From positions 41,602,001 to 41,666,000 of the forward strand of contig NC_043002.1 of the NCBI RefSeq assembly GCF_006345805.1: 64,000 bases of DNA. The letters are read 5' to 3'. The translations under genes and the position numbers were made by a program. Source of the DNA: Octopus sinensis (taxonomy: Eukaryota). Under the pieces are notes generated by a model. That model did not search any database and had not been told where the DNA came from. It saw only the letters and a list, made by a program, of their open reading frames with translations. Below, piece after piece: positions 1 through 12,779 of this stretch; positions within the stretch are counted from its first letter, which is position 1; each line of letters begins with the position of its first letter.

Positions 1-106
1 TTTCTTTAAATTGTTTCAGCTTTAAAACTGTGGCCATGCTGGGACACCAAGGAGAAAGTTATTTTATTAAGTTCTCCATCATGTTTGTAATTAATTGAAA
101 GAAATC

Positions 107-495
107 GGCATAAGCATGGCTATGTGGTAGGAGGTTTATTTCTCAACCACATGGTTTTGGGTTCAGTCCCACTGTATGGCACCTTGAGCAAAGTGTCTTC
201 TACTATAGTCTTGGGTTGACCAAAGGCTTGTGAGTGGAATTGGTAGATGAAAACTGCAAGAAGCCTGTTATATATTTATGTGTGTGTGTGTTATATATAT
301 ATGAGTGTTTGTTTGTCCCCCACTACCACTTGACAACTGGTGTTGGTGTGTTTATGTCCCAGTAACCTAGTGGTTCGGCAAAAGAGTCCTATAAAATAAG
401 TACCAGGCTTGAAAAAATAAATGCTCGGGTTGATTCATTCGACTAAAAGGTCTTCAAGGTTTGCTCCATCATGGCCACAGTCTAATAACTTAATA
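107..495 (+). mobile_element. SINE family A (tRNA-derived head + internal TA/TG microsatellite + 3' tail), full length
   Basis: Head GCATGGCTATGTGGTAGGAGG...GGTTCAGTCCCACTG (A/B-box-like), then TATA/TGTG repeat, then tail ...CTCCATCATGGCCACAGTC. The same sequence recurs about 35 times in the window. Confidence 0.85.
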
Positions 496-1254
496 TGAAA
501 ATAATCCACAAATTTATAACAAAAGAGATAAACAGCAAATTTATGAAACCAAGGGTTTGTTTTTCTTACCTGTTACTTTTGTTTTTGTTTGTTTTTCAAG
601 TTTTTCAAAGCCATCTGCATTATCTCTTGTAGCATCTGTCTATATAATAAATGAGCTTGTACTCTTAGTTTATATGATTGGTTTATAACAGCAACCAATC
701 ATTTTAGATCTATGCAGAAGTTTACCTTTTAGTCTGTTATTAATGATAAGTGTCTAAATTGCAATTCCAACCCAAGTGGATAATGATCAGCCTAGTTGAA
801 TGAACAATCAGATCTAGTTGGACATGAACCTGTGTTTTCAAGGTTCAGATGGTACTAACTTTTTGAGTTGACCTGATCACATCATATTTTGTGTCATTTG
901 CTTTCAAATGAAGATCTGAAATGTTTATCATTATTTTATGTTTTATAAAGCTACTGTGTTTATGAGAGCAACATGAATTCTTTAATATCAAGTTCTTTTA
1001 GATGTAATTCAAAAATGTCTAGGAACAAACATAAAGGTCAAATGTAATAAATAATATCAAAGTTTATATAATATTATGTACACAAATTATATAAACGATA
1101 GCCTTAAATCATCAAAGACTCCAAACTGCCAAAATTTAAAGAAGACAAAAGTTTAAATACCTTAAATAGTTATATAAATTGTAGAAAGTATTTTAAAATT
1201 TATGATGGAAATGCAAACATTAATCAGTGACTTGGAAACATTTAATTTATTCAG

Positions 1255-2400
1255 CATATTTACAGTTGCTCGAACACATACCTCAAATTGCTTTTTTACA
1301 TTTGCGCAATGAAAATTTTGTGTGGGGAACCTTTTCACATGAAGACTGGAAACTTACTTTGCAAAAGGTTTTGTAGTCAAAATTGAGATGGGTTTCATAT
1401 CTTTCTCAGTGTATCTGTGAATACATGGATCTTGCTCAGAGTCATTGACTCAAGAACTGTGTTCCAAATGTATGCCTTTTTGGAAAAGCTGCTTTAAGGC
1501 ATCACTTGTTAGGGGTATTCTCTCCATTTATTCAACTTCTAAAGATTGACATTGGCATCATCAGTGCAAAATTCCTTGGTATATAGGCTAAAGACAAACT
1601 GTATAACACATGTTTTTGGTTGTGGTGATATATACAGAGTGTCAGTAGTAGCTACAGATTCTTCAAATTCTTTAATAAGATGTATATTTCTGTCTCTCAT
1701 TGTAAAATTGTATCATTTACTCTTAAGCTTGAAAGCTGATATGCTGTGTTATCCAGAGAAAGCATGAAAGAGATTCATTGCTTTACAGGTTGTCTTAAAT
1801 ATGTGACAATGTGATTAAGAAAGGTCAGTTTGGTTTCTTCCAGTTTTGGATGAAATCCAAATTTCTTTTTCTGAGTGACGATCTGGTGTAATTCATTCAG
1901 AAATGTTACATCATCTGAGTCTTTGATGTGAACCATACCAAGAGATGAATATTAGAAGACTTGAAGAACATGATTACATTGTTTGGTTGGAGTGCCATTT
2001 CCTGTATAGAGTATTTGATCATCCAAAGTTATATAGACATATTTATTATCATGGAACTCTATTTCCATAAGTTTTACTGAAAGGAATGAAAGCAACTTAG
2101 TTGCCAAAAAGTTATGTCAATTTCCTGGAATCTTGGTTCTACCAAACATGTTTTCTTTCATGTAACAATTTTCTTTTCTTTTCTGCTGTCTTTGACTGTC
2201 AGCATGTGATACTTATTCCAAACAATATCTACACTTACTGTCATTTTCAAATCCTGCTTGATTTTGGGATAGAAAACTTTTATAAAACATTCATTAACAG
2301 ACTTTCTCTGAAAACACTTGTCCCAGTGTGTGAAACAATGTGTCACCATTGATAATAATGAACTGATTAATTATTTGGGGCCACTAATACTTCAGTTCTA
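1255..2400 (-). mobile_element. Decayed Academ-type (AcademX-like) DNA transposon ORF: XPG/FEN1-like nuclease region plus C-terminal Cys-rich finger
   Basis: Manual minus-strand translation across stops and frameshifts gives IIINGDTLFH, FYPKIKQDL..VSVDIVWNKY...KDSRKEK, TKIPGN*HNFL..KLLSFLS, LFHAFSG*HSISF, IPLTSDALKQL and SCEK..RKCKK..MCSSNCK. The order matches the IIDG / VDIVWDxY / KIPxNW / FHAFTGCD / LPPTxDAL / CxC motifs I recall for this protein class. Confidence 0.7.
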
Positions 2401-2711
2401 GCTGTGTTATTGGTTGGATGATAATAAGTTTTGCATAATGCATGCCAACACATATCTGCAACATGATATTAAGGTGCATCTCCTTCATCATTATCTCAAA
2501 TTGCTTGTTTTTATCAATTGCTCTACAACATAGCTAACATTATGATCAGTTAGATTTCAGCATGCTAACATGGTTGAGTTTTTAGTGATAACAGCCACTC
2601 CAACAACTCCTTTCACTTTCATTTAATGTTTTTAATTTTTTTAATCTTGGCTGTTTGGGGTCTGATGATTTAGGGGTGTGGTCTTCATAACTGATGTATA
2701 TAATATATATT

Positions 2712-2848
2712 TCTTTATTGCCCACAAGGGGCTAAACATAGAGGGGACAAACAAGGACAGACAAACAAATTAAGTCGATTAGATTGACCCCAGTGCGTAA
2801 CTGGTACTTTATTTATCGACCTCGAAGGGATGAAAGGCAAAGTCGATT
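2712..2848 (-). mobile_element. SINE family B, 3' fragment (tail type 1)
   Basis: Reverse complement of ...GACTTTGCCTTTCATCC..GAGGTCGATAAATAAAGTACCAGTTACGCACTGGGGTCAATC...GCCCCTTGTGGGCAATAAAGA; matches 15934-16162. Confidence 0.85.
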
Positions 2849-3775
2849 ACATTTGATGATTCTTTTCCTAAACACTTTTGAATTATATTTAAAATAACTG
2901 GATATTATTTTATCTCCTTTTATTTGCCAGTATAACAAATATTAAAGGATTTATACTAACATAAACACTGTATTTATAGAGAAAAAATAATTGATTGCAG
3001 ATTATCATTTGGAAAGCAAATGTCATCAAATATTAGAGCTATTTCGAATATTGTTACTTTTCTTGAGAACCTGGGCTCTGTCCTCTTTGCGATAATCATT
3101 GCCTCTATATAAGTTGAGGTTGTAATTTAGAGGTCTTTAATTTCAATATGCTTCAATTTGAAATAAATATTAAATTTTGCCAAGTTCAGTGGTGTGGTGG
3201 ACTCCTGTTGCTTTGATAAGGGTGGGTTCAGTAAGACACATCTAAAACAATCATCACATTTTGGCTGCCTATGTGTATAGTCAAAGCTGAAGACTTCCAG
3301 TGACAATCTCTACTCGTCTCTCATTGCTTCTTTCACTATCTCCAACTGGATTTATAAAGAAAGTCTGATGGCGTTGATGCTGGTGTCTTGGTTTGCTGAA
3401 CAACCTGCGTGTTGAATATTATAGTGGAAATGGTTTGTGCAGATTTATTCCCACTCTCTCATCTGTCAAACGCGTATTGGCCTGTTGCAATAAGTTCCAT
3501 GAGCCCAGTAATCAAGATGCACAATTTGTATGGAGTTACCGTCTCTTAGATGACCAGCTAAAGAGTTGAAGGGCTTCATCTACCTTGGATCCATTGCAGG
3601 GGCTGTTAGAGACCATCTTCCAGAGATAATTCCATAGCGTAATCTACCCATACCTGGGACTCTTACAGGTGCTATTTCTCTAGGTCAGCATAGACTGGGG
3701 AACAACAGTGGCTAAGAAATGGCTCCACACAAAACCCCAGAACCCTTATATCAGGACCCTGCTAATTGATGGAAT

Positions 3776-4053
3776 TTAACCCTTCAGCATTTAAACCAGC
3801 CATATCTGGCCCAGATATTCTACCAGTTTTATGTCCAAACCAACCAGATCTAACTTTTCACACCCACCCTACATTGTCATTCTAAAAATATATAATTGCA
3901 TCATCAAAATCTCAAAGCTAGGAGATAATGCATGATACAGTGAAAATAATGTAAATAAACATTACAAATGGCAGTGCCCCAGCATGGCCACAGCTTGTGA
4001 GCTGAAACTAGATAAATAAATATGACTGAGAAATCCATATGTTAAAGGGTTAC
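3776..4053. mobile_element. piggyBac-like MITE with a nested family A tail fragment
   Basis: Left end TTAA|CCCTT (3776-3784) and right end AAAGGG|TTAC (4044-4053). A second, more decayed copy lies at about 26305-26525. Confidence 0.6.
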
Positions 4054-4851
4054 AGTCATACCCGGACAACAGCACCCCTACTATAGTGGTACTCCTTGGC
4101 ATCCTTATATTTTTCCTTATATCTATCTCTGGAATTGAGTAATCAGTGTAATAATTTCTGACTTTCTCTGACAGTTTGTCTGCTTAACCGAAAAAAAGAA
4201 GAAAAAAACTCATTCGAAGATCTTGTACTTGTTTTGAATTAAGAATTTGGCAATAATTAAATTTCTAATTAAAATAGCTGAAACTGTAATTAATTAGTTG
4301 GAAACATCTTTCTGAAGGATAAATTGATTTAAAATTTTATCTTGAAACTTTTCTCATAATATTCTACAATCTAGGGTAGGTTATTAAAATTTAAAATACT
4401 ATATTAACAGAATGTTATTGAAAACTTGCATGAAATCAATTTCTTTATAATTATAAAACTGGGAAATTTTCTCCTTACATTATTATTATTAATATTATTA
4501 TTATTATTATTATTATCATTATTATTATTGTTGTTGTTTGTTGACTCTTCACCTAATGAATTCTTATGAATTTATTTTGATTATGTTTTCTAATAAACTG
4601 TAATTAAAAAAAGTGAGTAAATAATGTTAATATTTCTTATTACTTATAAATAAGCTTTACCTTCTTATTTTACTTTTAATAATTGTAATTTTATATCCAT
4701 AGCAAAAAAGAAAAGGAAAAGAAAAATTTTCTTGCTTTTAAAATAGTTTTTTTGTTTAATACTTAAACTTTTTTTGTTAATGAATGTTTCTTTGAACTTT
4801 GCAATATTTCACCTATGGGTTGTTTTTCTTTTGTTTCATCTGTTTTTAAGA

Positions 4852-5256
4852 GGCGCCGGCATGGCTGCTTGGTTAAGAGGCTGACTTTGTAACCACATGG
4901 ATTTGGGTTCAATCTCACTTCGTGGCCTTTTGGGCAACTGTCTTCTGCTATAGCCCCAGGCCAGTCAGTGCCTTATGAATGAATCTGGTAGACAAACACT
5001 ATGTGGAAGTCTGTCACATGGATAGATGTGTGTGTGTGTGTGTGGGGGGGGTCTTTGTGCTTGTGTTTGTTACCCACCCACTACCACCATTTGGCAACCA
5101 CTGTTGGTTTGTTTTTGTCCCCATGACTGGTTTGATAAAATAGACTGATAGAATAAGAACCAAACAGATAAATAAATAAATATTGGTGTCAAATATTAGG
5201 TGGGTGTGGAGCCACTAAAACCCTTCACAGCAGTGCCCTCAGCATGGCTGCAGTCC
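4852..5256 (+). mobile_element. SINE family A, full length
   Basis: GGCGCCGGCATGGCTGCTTGGTTAAGAGG head, (TG)n centre, CAGCATGGCTGCAGTC tail. Confidence 0.85.
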
Positions 5257-5591
5257 TAGCCATTTTTTGTGAGTGTATGTTACATTCTTGACGGGTTTTA
5301 AATGTCTTCAAAGGGAGGTGGGGGGTTTTAAGCACCTTATTCTTACATCTGTGTAAACAAAAACACTGCTACAAAATAGTCTACTGTGAGAAGAAGTGTT
5401 ATCTGCCAGATATGTAGCAACGATGACCTTATTGACATCATACCAGCTATGTGGGTACTATCTGGTTGATTACCCTTGCACACAAAAGCTGTGGAACCTC
5501 AATACTAGATGATAACTGAGATTTTGTTTTGCTTAGCTGTCTTCTAGCTTCAGATAGTGAACTAAACTTATGATTCTGTAAAAGTATCTTT

Positions 5592-5945
5592 TTATCTTTT
5601 ACTTGTTTCACTCGTTGGACTGTGGCCATGCTGGGCCACCACCTTGATGGGTTTAGTTGCTTATTCTATTAGTCTCTCTCGCTTGCCAAACTCTTAGGTT
5701 ACAAGGATGTAAACAAACCAATGCTGGTAGGAGGGGACAGACATAAAAACAAACACAAGCACACATACATACACATATATATAAGATGGGGTTCTTTCAG
5801 TTTCTATCTACCAAATCTACTCACAAGGCTTTGGTTGATCTGGAACTATTGTAGAAGACAATTATGCAAGATTCCACACAGTGGTTCTGAACCCCAAATC
5901 ATGTGACTGGGAAGCAAATTTCTTACCATACAGTCATGCCTGCAC
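5592..5945 (-). mobile_element. SINE family A, full length
   Basis: Reverse-complement match to family A with a central (CA/TA) repeat. Confidence 0.85.
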
Positions 5946-6769
5946 ATATTCCCATAATTTTTATCCAAAGCTAAAGTCTTTGGAGGTGAGGGAAGTGGGC
6001 CAAAATTATCGTTAAAAAAATGTTATTATTATTATTTATTCAAGGCACTGCCTGGAATTGAACTCAGAATCTTTAGGTTAGTAGCCCTTGTTCTTAACCA
6101 CAGGGATATAGTATAATGGTTAAGAGTGCAGGTTACTAACCCCAAGATTTAAAAAAAAAAGTGTTAAATAATTCAGAGGAGGTAGGTTAGTATCCCAAAA
6201 CTTTTTCAAGAAGTTTTCCCAGACTTATGAGGTTATATCTGGCTAGTATTCAGCCTGGACATACAAAAGTCAATGTTTGATGGTTAGTTTGATGCTCACT
6301 GTTCAATGGTCAATGTTTGATGTTCAGAGTTTGATACTCAGTGTTCAATGGTCAGTATTAACAGAAATGGGGTGCCTGGTATGAATGTTTGCCACAAAAT
6401 GAACTGTGCTGAAGACTACAAAGAACCAGCCGGTAGTGATATAGAGCATTGTTCACATAGAAACCACAATTCATAGTACTTCATAAATGATAGAGGACCG
6501 TCTCTTTTGATGTACTTATACTATATTCTTGGTAATAAATGGTTACTAAATTTTTCCACTCTTTCAGTAAATTATCTCCAGTCTTTTTAATAAAACAAAA
6601 CACGAGTGACTTATTTTTGCTTTTAGTACAGGAATTTTGTATTGTTTACATGTTTCGGTCACTGGAATGAAGCCATGCTGCAGCACTGCCTTGAAGGATT
6701 TAGTCAAACAAATCAACCCTAGTACTTATTTCTAAATCTGGTACTTGTTCTATCCAGTCTTTGAGCTAT

Positions 6770-6960
6770 GCATTCCATTGAATAACATTACTTCAAAGAT
6801 TCTCCAGAAGAACTTCATTTTGGCTGTTTATGTTTGCAATTATGTTCTTTCGGTCATTACCCAAGATCCATGGCCATAGGTAAAGGCAGGCATGAAAACT
6901 GAATTGAAGATAGCTAGTTTGGCATTTACATCGAGCTCCCTTCTGATGAAATAAAAATTG
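6770..6960 (-). mobile_element. Decayed RTE-clade LINE ORF2 C-terminal fragment
   Basis: The 6840..7106 ORF ends IRRELDVNAKLAIFNSVFMPAFTYGHGSWVMTERT, then continues *LQT*TAKMKFFWRI. This matches the RTE motif RELSxKAKLxIYxSIFVPTLTYGxExWVMTER..AAEMxFLRR. Confidence 0.75.
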
Positions 6961-8565
6961 GAAAGCAGAGAGAGAAAGGAAACAGCAGATCTAAAGATCA
7001 GAAGCTGGAGTGTATTGGAGAGTGATTTCATGCCAGTCAGTTGGGTGGAAGTTTTCTCTTTTGAAATTATTAATCTATGTAATTTCAGAAGGAGATGTTT
7101 TAACATTCTCTACTTACAGTGTGGATCTGATCCAATCATTGCTTGATCATGTTGACAGTATTACACAGAACCAACATACTCACATAGTAACCATTATATC
7201 TGTATATGTGTGTGTGTGTGCGTGTGTGCATGCTTTTAAGCCTGTAAAATAAAAGGTTCGGTGCCAATTTGGCTGTTATATAGTATTAACCTCTCTTTAA
7301 TATGTATCTATATAAGTAAAATAACTTACTACCAAATTCATAGGTTAGAATTTTTGAAAAAGTAATCTCGCAATGGCTGGCAATTTACCAGTTGACACTT
7401 GGAAAAAGATTAATCTTTTAACTTTAGACAGTATATAAACTGACAGGAGGTGTTCTATTATTGCCTTTCAGTATAGCAGAAATTTAATGTACCACTTCCT
7501 TGATTGGGTGTGAAGCATTTGCCAAGTAGTTAAATGTCTTGCCGCCTAGAGTCACAATATAATAATGACACTTTACCATGGATATTGAATGGAACAAATT
7601 TAACCTTGATTTCATTTTGTTTCATTCACCTACTTCATTTCTGCTACTTGTTGAATTATCTTCCATCAAAGTGTGCTGAATGCCATCGAACTGTATTTAT
7701 CTAGTAATACTAGCAGCTTTTCTCCTTTTTATTGACTTGGTGCTTTATTAAAGTAAAGGTTTCTTGCAACTAGGTAGCTTTTCTTAAGTAATTTCTGTTT
7801 TCTCTTTCTTATTCTCACACACTACATATTTACATGTACATACACACACACACTTTCTCTCTCATTCTTTCATACTTCATATCTACATGCACACACACAC
7901 ACATACGCATTCTCTCTTATTCTCATACCCACTGCATATTTACATGCACACACAGTCACACACAACGTCTTCAGAAAATGTAGGTGAAGCGTTTATTACG
8001 ATGAACTTTATAAAACCATACGAGAACTCCACAGATAAATTATAAAAGTGCATTCAATTGATACATCATAGATATAAGTATTATGATAAATAAGGATATA
8101 AAGAAATCAATGAAGTTAGTACACAAGTAAGCCATCTGAATGTGCAAGCATGCATGCATACATGCTTATACATATACAAACACACACACACACACACTGA
8201 TATTAGAATTTTTCTTTTGTAACACCCAACCTACTAAGTGAATGCTCGAGGCCTGTTTTATTGCTGCTTTTCTTTCCACCTTCTTAGGAGTGTCTTCTCA
8301 TAAAAATAAAAGCTTGGTACCAATAGATGAATGTTGCCGAACATGACGCATGTCTAATTTGTTTGTGCTGTTGTTTAGCTCTAGGCTAGTCCTGACTGAA
8401 TAGATCTCTCAACCCAGGACTAACATTATCATGTGTGTGCCTGTCCCCGTCCCCTGTTTTTAAAACTATTGTGTAACTTGAGGGGGTCTTGGCTGGTATT
8501 TTTAGCATTTTGGCTCATTATTACCTCTGTCGTTTAATTTGGAAGTTAGTGGAATAAATGTTATC

Positions 8566-9139
8566 TTACCTTTTATACCTGTTTCAGTCATTAGACTGCG
8601 GCCATGCTGGGGCATTGCTTTGAAGAATTTTTAATTAAATGAATTAACCTCAGTACTTTTATTTTTCTAAGCCTGGTACTTGTTCTATCGCTCTCTTGTT
8701 GTTGAACTACTAAGTAACGGGCATGTAAACACACCAACACTGGTTGTCAAGTGGTGGTGGATAAACGCTGACACAAAGACATGCACACGTATACACACAC
8801 ACACACACACATGTATATGGCTTCTTTCTGTCTGCCAAATCCACTCACAAGGCTTTGGTTGGCTCGAGACTTAGTAGAAGACACTTGCCCAAGGTGCCAT
8901 GCAGTGGGGCTGAACCCAGAATCATGTGGTTGGGAAGCAAGCTTCTTACCACTCCATGCCTGCACTCGTTAGTAAATTTATGGTTGTGGGGAACAAACAC
9001 AGACACGAAGACAAACACCACAAACACACTCACACACATATGTATATGGCTCCTTTCTGTCTACCAAATCCACAAGACTATGGTCAACCCAAAGCTTATC
9101 AGTAGAAGACACTTAGCCAAAGTGGTACGCAGTGGGACC
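8566..9139 (-). mobile_element. Two adjacent family A SINEs (one full, one head-containing partial)
   Basis: Family A matches at about 8566-8964 and 8985-9139. Confidence 0.8.
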
Positions 9140-9830
9140 TGAAATTTTGGGGGAAGAAACTAGTTGATTACATCAACCCCAATGTTTCACTGGTACTTAA
9201 TTTATTGACCCTGAAAGCAAGAAAAGTAAAGTTGACCCCAGTGGAATTTGAACTCAAATGAAATAGCAACAGCAATACCGCTAAGCGTTTTGTCCAGCAT
9301 GCTAACGATCCTGCCAGTTGGCTACCCTAATGATAATAATAACAAGAGCACTCAGAGAGTGCAAACCTCTGCCAAGGCAACACCAACATCCTCTCAATGA
9401 TTAGCCAGAGAGGATTTTTAAAATGAGAATATCTGAAATAAACTCGACTGCTCTCACAAACGGGAATACTTAATTTCTGAGAGCGATTGGGTTCATTTTC
9501 AGTAAAAAAAAAAGGAAAAATAAATTAAGAATCCTTGTCTGGTACCAGATCAATCCCAAAATTTAATCAGTTCATGCAGTCATGAGGCCAAACATTCCTG
9601 AAAGTTACATTCAAATCCATCCAGCAGTTCTTGAGACAAACAAACAAACATGACTGAAAATAATAACTCTGCCTTTGCTAAGGCAGAGGTAATAACCCTT
9701 TCTACTATAGGCACGAGGCCTGAAATTTTGGGAGAGGAGACTAATCGATTATATTGACCCCAGTGTTTCACTGGGACTTAATTCATTGACCCCGAAAAGA
9801 TGAAAGGCAAAGTCGACTTTGGCGAAATTT
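9138..9830 (-). mobile_element. Two tandem family B SINEs separated by an (AAT)n linker that holds a Helentron-type insertion
   Basis: Family B at 9138-9328 and 9696-9830. Confidence 0.8.
9341..9692 (-). mobile_element. Helentron-associated non-autonomous element (HINE / DINE-1-like)
   Basis: Perfect hairpin GCACTC-AGA-GAGTGC (9348-9362). Subterminal inverted repeats CCTCTGCCAAGG (9366-9377) and CTCTGCCTT..AAGGCAGAGG (9668-9689). Contains (ACAA)n and sits in an AA/TT target with no TSD. Confidence 0.7.
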
Positions 9831-9958
9831 ACAAAAATCTACATTGCCTGGAACTGCAAGAATTCTTCGCAGGGTTCTTGAAGCATGACCAGTAAACAAG
9901 TATCACCTTAGTCTGCTGGCTGTGGACAGCTGACACTTTCCGTCATGCCCATCAAATA

Positions 9959-10438
9959 CAGTAATACCTCAACAGTTGCTTGTGTTATGTTCCAAAATCT
10001 CCCATGGTAGGTGAAAATCCATGAAGAAGAAACAATACCGCACTGTATATTTTAAAAAATTATTTTTATAATTTATATATATCTGTTTTATTAGAAATGC
10101 AAAACAGCACCACACACTCACCTCCCAAGTTTCCTTTTCCATACAGTATATACAATTCTTTGTTTACTCATCTGCAGTACACTACATATTTTCTTTTAAT
10201 ATATTTTAATTAATGTTATACAGTGCAGTACTGTACTATTAGTTTATTAGTTTTTAGGTGTGAAAATGCTTATTTTACCACAGAAATAATTAAAATCTAA
10301 AAAAATATCAATACCTATCAGTTGCAGAAAACCATGATATACTGAGGAGCCTGTGATATAAATTTACATATATTAGCCAGAAAAATCTGCGATGTACTGA
10401 GGGCATGATCGGTGAACCGCGATATAGTAAGTGATTAT
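9959..10438. mobile_element. Tigger/pogo-like (Tc1-mariner) non-autonomous element, decayed
   Basis: TA|CAGTAATACCTC left end and GAACCGCGATATAGTAAGTGATTA right end, resembling CAGTAATCCCTCGCTATATCGCGG-type TIRs. AT-rich interior. Confidence 0.55.
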
Positions 10439-11289
10439 AATAATAATAATAATCCTTTCCACTATAGTCACAAGGCATGAAATATTTTGGGGAGGTGTCT
10501 ATTACAACCCCAGTACTGAAGTGCTGCTTACATTATTGACTCTGAAATGGTCATTTGAACCTGGAATGGAATGCTAAAAAAAATACTACCTAGTATTTTG
10601 TCCAACATGCTAATGATTCTACCAGCTTAAATAATAATAGAACGTAGATTAAATTTTCTTCCTACTTATCATGGCATTGACTTTCAAGAATAACAGTGGA
10701 TTTTAATTTTTTTTTATTTATAATTTGTAATTTTTGCAAGCTTGCATATGTGTGTGATAAGGTTTTGCTGGAATAGTATTTTTTGTTGATCTTGCGTAGC
10801 TCAACATCAGCCCTGACACGGAGCAAACATGATTAAAAGCATTCCAAACCAGTACCATCCTGTTGTTTGTTTTTTTTTCCAGGTGTAGTGTATTTAGGAG
10901 TATATCATTTAATATATATTTTTCTTCTTTTTTAAGATTGTAGGAAGTCAATTGAGGGAAATTTGACTATAGTTTCTTGCAAGTTGAGTATCAATGTCAT
11001 ATAGAAGCTTCCCTCCTCATTAATGTACGGCCTCCTATCAGTCTTGACATTGAGAAAATTTATGACACAAGGTATTATAGCTGTGACTTATTTTATATTT
11101 CTTTCCCTCCCTTTTTAATTTTTATCTAAGACCTCATTATTCAGTATATCTTCTTTAATACAACAAAAAAGAAATTTTAGGGAGATTTGGCTGTTATTTC
11201 TAGCAAATCAAATGATCAAATCTCAAGGAATCTCCCTCCCTCTCTCTTTGGCTCATTATCAGAGCAATTGTTTTTACAGATGGAATGTC

Positions 11290-11600
11290 CTTCCCACTTC
11301 TAACCACTCCACTGTGAAGTAGGAGTGGAACTTATGTGTGTTTGTAAATATCATTATTACCACATCCATTTTCCTACATTTGCATGGCTCACATGAAGTT
11401 CATTGAGGCAGACATTCTGTGGCCTGGGGCATTTCCTGTTGCCAACCCTCACCTGTTTCCAAGCATGGTAACGTTTCCTTTAGTTCTTCAAACATGAACA
11501 ACACAATGATTGGACATGTTTTTATGTAAGATTGCTAACAAACAACACCGGTTGGTTGACAATGACATTTGTTTACAGTTAGCACATGATGTCAGAACAA
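11290..11600 (-). mobile_element. RTE-type 3' UTR fragments (decayed)
   Basis: GATGGAATGTCCTTCC..CTAACCAC and TTTCCTGTTGCCAACCCTCACCTGTTTCCAAGC motifs shared with 13680-13890, 30310-30550, 52570-52750 and 55620-55800. Confidence 0.55.
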
Positions 11601-12410
11601 GGAGACATGATAACACAGACACACACACACACACATGCTTGCACACACTCACACACACTTGCTCTCTCACACACACACATGCTTGCACACACTCACTCAC
11701 ACACTTGCTCTCTCTCACACACACACACACATGTTGGATTTCCTTCATTTTTCTCTCTACGAAATTCACTCACAAAGCTTTGGTTTGCCTGGATCTATAG
11801 CAAAAAAAAAAAACACTTACTCAAGATGCTGCACAGCAGGACTGAACCTGAAACCATGTGGTTGAGAAGTGAACTTCTTAACCACACAGCCATGCCTCTG
11901 CTATGCTATGTTTAGAGACACAATCAGCAATTCTATGGCTGTACTGGTATCAATATGACTTGAACTTATAACTGAACAGTCAGGAGTTTTAAACTTTGAT
12001 TTCACAGATGTTGTTTGCCACCTCTAGCTATAACTTGATGCAGTCAACAAAATGAGAAAATAAAAAAAAAATAATTAAGATAAACTGAATAAAAATCAAT
12101 TAAAAAGTTTTAATGACTGTCTTATTTTAAGAACTGACTTTTTGAAGAAGGAAATGTTACATTGATTAGTTTTGTCTCCACCGCTGTCTCTATGTTATCT
12201 TGATAAGAGAAAAAATGTGTTCAACATTTCAGTGCCAGGGATAGGGTTGAATTGAGGTGCCTGAGTGTAATATGATGTTTTGATATTCTTTTAACTGTAC
12301 TTGGCATTTGGTTCTTTAAGGTCTCGTCTTGAACAGCTGTTAAATTGACATAGCTTTCAGCTGAGAGACAGAACATTTTGGTTGCAATTGATATACAATT
12401 GTACATAAAT

Positions 12411-12413
<3 letters not shown>

Positions 12414-12468
<55 letters not shown>

Positions 12469-12545
12469 ACACACACACACACATGTATACACACACACAC
12501 ATACACAAACACATATATATACACAGACATACACACCCTGACACA
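12414..12545. repeat. (CA)n microsatellite
   Basis: Direct reading. Confidence 0.95.
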
Positions 12546-12779
12546 CACGTGTGAACTTGAAGTATATTTATTTTAGTATACACGCTCACACATGCAAACG
12601 CACATAATTCATGCAGATGTGATCACATGAACATATGCTTAAATTGTAAATGCATGTGCCTGCATACTGTAAACAGTTTAGCATTGCCAGAAATATATAG
12701 ATGTTATTGTTCTGCTGTTTAGGTTTGGTTAGCTAGCAGCAACACTTGTGGATTAGAACAATAGAACTTGAGCAAAGCC

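Noticed and set aside
570-635. 66-nt minus-strand exon candidate (DATRDNADGFEKLEKQTKTKVT)
   Set aside because: The donor is good but the pyrimidine tract is poor, half is an A-rich run, the peptide is unrecognised, and the strand is opposite to the other candidates.
3555-3640. FIYLGSI motif suggesting a LINE RT fragment
   Set aside because: A single short motif; I could not find flanking RT motifs in frame.
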